A program made the translations under genes and the position numbers. Of a stretch of 64,000 bases of DNA, positions 58,448 through 64,000 are shown in pieces. The notes below the pieces were generated by a model. That model saw only the letters and a list, made by a program, of their open reading frames with translations. It had not been told where the DNA came from and searched no databases. Location: assembly GCA_963668315.1 (NCBI GenBank), contig OY764216.1, forward strand, positions 1,120,001 to 1,184,000, in the 5' to 3' direction. Numbering within the stretch: the stretch's first letter is position 1; every line of letters begins with the position of its first letter. The DNA comes from Spirochaetia bacterium. GTDB taxonomy: Bacteria; Spirochaetota; Spirochaetia; DSM-2461.

Positions 58448-59155
58448 ATGGCAAAGATTCGTCAGAAAACGGTTGTAGAGCAGGTGATGGAGCAGATCAA
58501 AGAGCTGATCGCTTCGGGAAAATACCAACCGGGGGATAAACTGCCCACCGAGCATGAGCTGGCTGAGAAATTCGGCATCGGCCGTTCGTCTATCCGTGAA
58601 GCCATCAAGATCTTCAACTACCTGGGTGTTCTGGAATCCAAGGCCGCCAAGGGAACCTTCCTTTCCGACCGGGGCAATATTTCGGCCGAAGCCCTGTCGT
58701 GGTCCATTCTGCTGGGAAAGGATGAACTGCAGGAGCTGATTGAAACCCGGGGCGCCATAGAGCTCTGGAGCATCATCACCCTGACCGGGCTTTATCAGAA
58801 TGATCCGGAGAAATGCACTCCTGTCATAGAGGAGCTGAAAGAGCAGATCCGCAAAATGAAAAAAGGACTGGAAGAGGGAAAGCTTGAGGAGATGGTGGAA
58901 GCCGATTATGCCTTTCATAATATCGTTGTCAAAAGCACGGAAAACTCCCTTTTCTACTCTATCTACAAAACCCTCAAATCCTTCATGTATGAAGAGATCG
59001 TCCAGTCTCAGAATGATTACGCCGATCCGGGACTGATTGTTTCGGAGCATCAGGATATCATCGATACCATTATGTCCGGCGATATCAACCGCTCCGTGAA
59101 GACTTTCAATTCCCATATCGTCAATATTGAAAATCGACTGAAAATCCACGATTAG
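58448..59155 (+). CDS. GntR family, FadR subfamily regulator
   Basis: PGDKLPTEHELAEKFGIGRSSIREA; FCD domain DYAFH...EHQDI. Confidence 0.93.
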   Translation: MAKIRQKTVVEQVMEQIKELIASGKYQPGDKLPTEHELAEKFGIGRSSIREAIKIFNYLGVLESKAAKGTFLSDRGNISAEALSWSILLGKDELQELIETRGAIELWSIITLTGLYQNDPEKCTPVIEELKEQIRKMKKGLEEGKLEEMVEADYAFHNIVVKSTENSLFYSIYKTLKSFMYEEIVQSQNDYADPGLIVSEHQDIIDTIMSGDINRSVKTFNSHIVNIENRLKIHD

Positions 59156-59163
59156 GTTTTCCC

Positions 59164-59607
59164 GTGATACTTGTAAGCGCCTGCCTGGCGGGGGTCTCCT
59201 GCCGTTACGACGGAAACAGCAATACCGTAGAGGAACTGGAAAATCTCGTGAAATCGGGGCAGGCGATAGCCCTATGCCCTGAGGTGCTGGGCGGGCTCCC
59301 CACTCCCCGAGTCCCCTGCGAAATCGTGACGGGCGAGGGGGAAGAAAAGCGTGTCCTCGATAAACACGGAGAGGACAGGACAGCCGAATTCGAAGAGGGC
59401 GCCCGGCTGACCGAAGAGATATGCCGTCTTTTGGGCATTAAGACTGCCGTTTTGAAATCGGGAAGTCCTTCCTGCGGCTGTCGCCAGATTTACGACGGTT
59501 CTTTTACCGGCAAAAAACGGGAAGGCCGGGGATTGACGGCGGAGCAGTTAATTCTATCGGGTATAACGGTCTGCAATGAAAAAGACTGGGGAGAGAAAAG
59601 CCGATAG
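59164..59607 (+). CDS. DUF523 family (TudS-like 2-thiouracil desulfidase fold)
   Basis: VSACLAGVSCRYDG, CPEVLGGLPTPR, LKSGSPSCG. Confidence 0.88.
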   Translation: MILVSACLAGVSCRYDGNSNTVEELENLVKSGQAIALCPEVLGGLPTPRVPCEIVTGEGEEKRVLDKHGEDRTAEFEEGARLTEEICRLLGIKTAVLKSGSPSCGCRQIYDGSFTGKKREGRGLTAEQLILSGITVCNEKDWGEKSR

Positions 59608-59671
59608 CCTCCTCTCCCCGGTATGAAATATCCCGCTGCTTCAGAAGCCGCTGGGTTGATTCTTGAATATC

Positions 59672-60565
59672 CTAGATTCCCGTGTGCTTGCTTATGTAGG
59701 CCCGGGCATTCTTGGCATAAACGAAGGGATTGGCTTTAGCCGGATCCTGCTCCGCTTCCACAACCATCCAGCCTTCGTATCCATTCTCTTCCAGTATGGC
59801 AAAGAGGGAGGGAAAATCGATGCTTCCGTCGCCGGGAACCGTGAAGACACCCTGCCTTACCGCATCCAGGAAGGATGAATCCTTTGCTTTCACATCGGTG
59901 AAGACATTGGTTCTCATATCCTTGAGGTGGACATGGCCCACGCGGGAGATAAACTTCTTCAGCGCGGCGACGGGATCTTCCCCGGAGAAGGCGAAGTGAC
60001 CCGAATCAAAGAGGAGGGTTACTTTGGAAGGATCGGTCTCGTTCAGGAACCTTTCCGTCTCTTCGATAGTCTGAACGCCCGTACCCATGTGATGGTGGAA
60101 TGCCAGGGTCAAGCCTTCCTCTTTGGCTATATGGCCCAGCTTGTTCATGCCGTCGGTCAGTCTCTTGAACTCCTCGTCAGTAAAAACGGCCTTGCCGGAG
60201 AATACGGAAGTTTTCGTATCTCCCTGGCAGCTTCTGGTCTGTTCCGAAGGTCCGATCACGTCGGCGCCCATGGCCTTCAGGAAAGCCAGCTGCGCCCTGA
60301 AGTCCTTTTCCACCTGCTCAAAGGGCTGGGAACAGAGGAAGGAACTGAACCACTGATTGCAGATTTTAATGCCCCGCACGTCCAGGTACTCTTTGAGAAC
60401 CGCCGGATCCTTGGGGTATTTGTTGCCTACTTCCGAACCGGTATAACCGGCCAGAGCCATTTCGCTGACGCACTGTTCGAAGGAATTTTCCTTTCCCAGG
60501 TCGGGCATATCGTCATTTGTCCAGCCGATAGGCGCCATGGCCAGTTTAACCTTGTTTTTATCCAT
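59672..60565 (-). CDS. iolE: Myo-inosose-2 (2-keto-myo-inositol) dehydratase
   Basis: APIGWTNDDMP, HHHMGT, FDSGH, HVHLKD, VVEAEQDP. Confidence 0.95.
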   Translation of the reverse strand: MDKNKVKLAMAPIGWTNDDMPDLGKENSFEQCVSEMALAGYTGSEVGNKYPKDPAVLKEYLDVRGIKICNQWFSSFLCSQPFEQVEKDFRAQLAFLKAMGADVIGPSEQTRSCQGDTKTSVFSGKAVFTDEEFKRLTDGMNKLGHIAKEEGLTLAFHHHMGTGVQTIEETERFLNETDPSKVTLLFDSGHFAFSGEDPVAALKKFISRVGHVHLKDMRTNVFTDVKAKDSSFLDAVRQGVFTVPGDGSIDFPSLFAILEENGYEGWMVVEAEQDPAKANPFVYAKNARAYISKHTGI

Positions 60566-60623
60566 ATAAAACCTCTGTGAAAACCTCCGGCATTACGCCG
60601 GAGTAGTATGTTTATACTGAAAA

Positions 60624-62558
60624 TCAGTATTTTCTGGCTCTTTCAAGCTCTTCTTTCTGTGCTTCGGTCTTCTCTACGATGGAAGGATTCTTTGCCACTT
60701 CGGCCTGTCCGCAGCGCCAGAAACCTTTGTATCCGTCGGTCATGGTTTTGGGCAGGACCTTGATGTCGAACACCGTTGAAACGGTCTGCTTCTTCGCATC
60801 GGCAATGGCGTCGCGCAGTTCCTGCTCGTTCCGTATCGAATAGGTCTTACAGCCGTATCCCTCACCGATTTTGGCAAAATCGATGGCGATAAGCGAGCCG
60901 TCCAGTTTGCCGGTCTTCTCGTTTCTATGGCGGAATTCCGTTCCGAAACTGCCCTGGCCCCTATCCATCTGAAGGTTGTTGATACAGCCGAATTCGGCAT
61001 TGTCGAAGATCACCAGATTGATCTTCTTCCCTTCCTGGAGGGAGGTCGCCAGTTCGGAGTGGAGCATCATGAATGATCCGTCTCCCAGGTAGGCGTATAC
61101 TTCCCGGTCAGGTTCGGCCAGTTTGACTCCCAGGGCCGCGCCAATTTCATAACCCATGCAGGAGTAGCCGTACTCCATGTTGTAGGAGCGTTCGCTCTTG
61201 GCCCGGAATACCCTCTGAAGGTCGCCCGGCAGGGACCCGGCGGCTCCGACGACAATGGCGTCCTTATCAAGAACATCATCCAGTATGCCCAGGACTCCGG
61301 TCTGCGTCATTTTGGAGCCGAAGAACTTGCTGTACTCTTCCAGTGCGTCTGTCAGGCCGTCTTTGATCTCGGGAACGAATCCGGGGCCGGTATATTCTAC
61401 GGAGAAAAGTCGGTTCAGCTCTTTATCCCATTCGGCTTTGGCATCCTTTATCTCATTCTGATAGGAGGATTTGTAGCCTTCGGCGGAAAGAGCCTTTCCT
61501 ATGGCTTCCAGAGACATTTTCGCATCGGCCGTTACCCGGACGGCATCCATTTTGTACGAGTCGAAAGAGGCCACATTGATATTCACGTAATTCACATTGG
61601 GATTCTGGTAAAGCCATTTGGAGGCGGTGGTGAAGTCGGTATAGCGGGTTCCCACTCCGATAACCAGATCGGTCTCCTGTCCCAGAATGTTGGCGGCCAG
61701 ACAGCCGGTGGTGCCGATGCCTCCCAGGTTCAGGGGGTGGCTGTAGAGGGTGGCGCTTTTTCCCGCCTGTGTTTCGGCGTAGGGAATGTTGAAATCCTCG
61801 CAGAACTTGAGCATCGCCTTGCCCGCTTCGGAGTAGCGCACACCGCCGCCGCAGATAAGGAGGGGCTTTTTCTTGTTCTTGATCATGGCCACGGCTTCTT
61901 TTACCATGGCGTCGGTGGGAGCCGTTCTCTCCAGGCGGTGAACCCGCTTCTGGAAGAAATACTCCGGATAGTCGTATGCTTCGCCCTGAACATCCTGGGG
62001 CAGACAGACGGCTACGGCGCCCGTGTTGGCCGGATCGGTCAGGGTTCTCATGGCGCCGATCATGGCGGACATGAGCTGTTCGGGACGGTTGATCCTGTCC
62101 CAGAATTTACAGACGGGCCTGAAGGCGTCGTTGGTGGTAAGGGTCAGGTCGTGGAACTGCTCCATCTGCTGCAGAACCGGGTCGGGCTGTCTCGTGGCGT
62201 AGGTGTCGCCGGGCAGCAGGAGAACGGGAATTCTGTTCGCCGTGGCCGTGGCGGCGGCGGTGACCATGTTGGCGGCGCCGGGCCCTACCGAGGAGGTGCA
62301 GGCGTAGATCTGGCGGCGGTGATTCTGCTTGGCAAAACCCATGGCGGCGTGGGCCATGCCCTGCTCGTTGCGCCCCTGGTGGACGATCAGGTCGCCCGGG
62401 TCTTCTTCAAGGGCCTGTCCCAGACCGACCACATTGCCATGTCCGAAAACGGTAAAAATACCCTTTACGAATTTATGTTCTTCCCCGTCGAACTCCAGAT
62501 ACTGCTGATTGAGAAATTTGACCAGCGCCTGGGCTACGGTCATTCTTATCGTTCCCAT
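60624..62558 (-). CDS. iolD: 3D-(3,5/4)-trihydroxycyclohexane-1,2-dione acylhydrolase
   Basis: [34 protein letters not shown]...DN TPP motif. Confidence 0.96.
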   Translation of the reverse strand: MGTIRMTVAQALVKFLNQQYLEFDGEEHKFVKGIFTVFGHGNVVGLGQALEEDPGDLIVHQGRNEQGMAHAAMGFAKQNHRRQIYACTSSVGPGAANMVTAAATATANRIPVLLLPGDTYATRQPDPVLQQMEQFHDLTLTTNDAFRPVCKFWDRINRPEQLMSAMIGAMRTLTDPANTGAVAVCLPQDVQGEAYDYPEYFFQKRVHRLERTAPTDAMVKEAVAMIKNKKKPLLICGGGVRYSEAGKAMLKFCEDFNIPYAETQAGKSATLYSHPLNLGGIGTTGCLAANILGQETDLVIGVGTRYTDFTTASKWLYQNPNVNYVNINVASFDSYKMDAVRVTADAKMSLEAIGKALSAEGYKSSYQNEIKDAKAEWDKELNRLFSVEYTGPGFVPEIKDGLTDALEEYSKFFGSKMTQTGVLGILDDVLDKDAIVVGAAGSLPGDLQRVFRAKSERSYNMEYGYSCMGYEIGAALGVKLAEPDREVYAYLGDGSFMMLHSELATSLQEGKKINLVIFDNAEFGCINNLQMDRGQGSFGTEFRHRNEKTGKLDGSLIAIDFAKIGEGYGCKTYSIRNEQELRDAIADAKKQTVSTVFDIKVLPKTMTDGYKGFWRCGQAEVAKNPSIVEKTEAQKEELERARKY

Positions 62559-63370
62559 TATTTATCCTCCGTTGTATGTTTCATTTCGGGCCAGATTTTG
62601 ACATCCTTTTCCAGAAGCCATTCGTGGTCCTGTACAAAATAGCGTGTTGTCGGCAGCCAGCGGTCTTCGGGCAGGTGGGGGATCATCCAGATGTAGTACA
62701 TGGCATAGCCCGCACCGGCTACCTGCGAGTGGGTCTTTCCCGGGGGAATCAGACAGGTATCTCCATTCTTTACAAAGTAGGGGTCCTCGTTCAGAAGGGA
62801 GACGCCGAATCCCTGCTCGGGAAAGTGGCGGTAGTGGTAGATTTCCGGCTGAGGGTGATGATGGGGAGGGTAGCTGGACCATTTCCCCGGGTGGTTTATC
62901 ACTTCGCCCAGAACCATATTGGAATCGGGGGCGAGCTCTCCGTCGAATACGGTACGTACCGTTCTGATGGATGTCTCATTTAAAACCCCGCCGCCGAAGA
63001 TATCGCACCGGACATCCTCTTTTGTGTAGAGTTTAGGAGAAAATTCCACGGGGTTTTTCTTCTTCTCCACGCAGAGCTCCGTGTCTTCAATCGCTTTGAT
63101 GGTAACGGGAATATCCTTGGGGACATGGAGCGTAACGGGATTTTCCTCAAAACAGGACCATCTTTCGGCTACGGCCGTGTTTCCCCCCCAGGAAAATTCC
63201 ACTTTTCCCTTTATAATAAGCCAGGCTCTTTCCTTGCTTTCATGGCAGTTCCAGGTCTCTCCCTTTTTCAGGTTGAGAATACCGAAGTCAAGAAGCATAT
63301 GGGAATGGATTCCTTCCTCTTCGGTTATGACAGTATATCCGCTTTTCTTTATCTGATTCTTAATGATCAT
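62558..63370 (-). CDS. iolB: 5-deoxy-glucuronate isomerase (IolB/KduI cupin)
   Basis: [22 protein letters not shown]; directly upstream of iolD. Confidence 0.88.
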   Translation of the reverse strand: MIIKNQIKKSGYTVITEEEGIHSHMLLDFGILNLKKGETWNCHESKERAWLIIKGKVEFSWGGNTAVAERWSCFEENPVTLHVPKDIPVTIKAIEDTELCVEKKKNPVEFSPKLYTKEDVRCDIFGGGVLNETSIRTVRTVFDGELAPDSNMVLGEVINHPGKWSSYPPHHHPQPEIYHYRHFPEQGFGVSLLNEDPYFVKNGDTCLIPPGKTHSQVAGAGYAMYYIWMIPHLPEDRWLPTTRYFVQDHEWLLEKDVKIWPEMKHTTEDK

Positions 63371-63383
63371 GGATGCCTCCCTT

Positions 63384-63422
63384 ATGAACGTTAATTATAT
63401 TGTAGTATTGTCTGATAATCAA
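63384..63422 (-). promoter_or_regulatory. Promoter of iolBDE with candidate operators
   Basis: TTGATT-17 nt-TATAAT; plus-strand TATTGTCTGATAAT (63406-63419); near-palindrome ATGAACGTTAAT (63384-63395). Confidence 0.7.
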
Positions 63423-63449
63423 GTCTTATTTTTCCCAATCACTGGTCAA

Positions 63450-64000
63450 TCAGGTCGATTCCCGGGTTATCAGACGGGGAGGGATGCTTATCTTTGTCCT
63501 GGAAATGAGATTCCCCTTTTTTTTGTTATCAATCTGTTCCAGAAGACGATCACAGCAGAGACGGGCGAGTTCCTCCTTGGGCTGATGAACCGACGTCAGG
63601 CCGGGGTTGCTGTACCGGGCCAGTTCGCTATCATCATAACCGGCAATAGCCATATCACCGGGAATGGAAAATCCCTTGTCCTTCAGGGCTCTCATGGCGC
63701 CCAGGGCCATTAAGTCGTTGCAGCCGAAAAGGGCGTCGAACTGTCTCAGCTCATCCCCCATTCCGTTGATTGTCTCCTTGGCCGACTCAAAGGTGGAATC
63801 GCAGAATATTTTTTTTACGCTGCCACCCGCCTTTTTTACTATTTCGCAGAACCCCTGTTCACGCTGGCGGAATTCCAGGTGCTCCTGAATCATGGCCAAG
63901 AGTAGGAAATGCCTCCGTCCTCTCTCCAGAAAATGCCTGGCCACCTGCCGCCCTCCCTCGATGTGATCGGTGAATATGATCTCCTGATCCATGGTCGAAT
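63450..64000 (-). CDS. LacI family transcriptional regulator, partial (5' end beyond the right edge)
   Basis: DHIEGGRQVARHF, ALFGCNDLMALGA, IAGYDD, LTSVHQP, LITREST. Confidence 0.88.
   Translation of the reverse strand, partial: STMDQEIIFTDHIEGGRQVARHFLERGRRHFLLLAMIQEHLEFRQREQGFCEIVKKAGGSVKKIFCDSTFESAKETINGMGDELRQFDALFGCNDLMALGAMRALKDKGFSIPGDMAIAGYDDSELARYSNPGLTSVHQPKEELARLCCDRLLEQIDNKKKGNLISRTKISIPPRLITREST

Noticed and set aside
33418..63370. Linking the glucuronokinase-like gene to the iol cluster as a plant-like inositol-oxygenase pathway
   Set aside because: The genes are about 25 kb apart, no MIOX is visible, and IolE/D/B produce 5-deoxy-glucuronate, not glucuronate.
240..63973. Many long antisense or alternate-frame ORFs in the track (e.g. 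240-1310, 9788-11035, 13004-14356, 19876-20928, 25272-26765, 32235-33308)
   Set aside because: They lie opposite or inside well-supported genes, have no recognisable motifs, and are expected shadows of codon bias at this GC content.

Overview
A 64 kb, gene-dense bacterial chromosomal segment with about 55 CDS. It is probably from an anaerobic, free-living spirochaete; this is inferred from the gene families present and is not proven. I see no rRNA, tRNA, CRISPR array, transposase, integrase or prophage gene. Content, left to right: RND efflux pair; CreD; NapH-like 4Fe-4S plus FMN-binding pair; a TetR-controlled MMPL/LolA-like/outer-membrane-protein operon; an MCP; PTS-IIA plus a CBS-domain cation/H+ antiporter; ferritin-like/VIT1 fusion; a membrane LuxR module; 2-oxoacid:ferredoxin oxidoreductase; a sigma54-type operon (peptide-type ABC importer, two M20 amidohydrolases, TauE); Fe-ADH; a plant-type glucuronokinase-like kinase with galU; pepP; a cell-envelope lipoprotein cluster with a B12 radical SAM enzyme; mtnA, degenerate ymdB and rseC; cheBR; eukaryote-type hisA; housekeeping genes; a GGDEF protein; and the end of a myo-inositol (iol) cluster. 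The best sequence-derived leads are: (1) an acidic DSFF tandem-repeat insert in the MMPL transporter, echoed in its outer-membrane partner; (2) a glucuronokinase-like gene paired with galU; (3) a shared TTCAC-N6-TTCAC-type box linking the efflux and flavinylated-redox operons around creD; (4) at least six apparently leaderless genes with identical promoter-to-ATG geometry; (5) a YmdB that has lost its metal ligands; (6) a shared 14-bp box suggesting the FadR-type regulator controls iolBDE. All family assignments come from motif recognition by eye; no database search was run.
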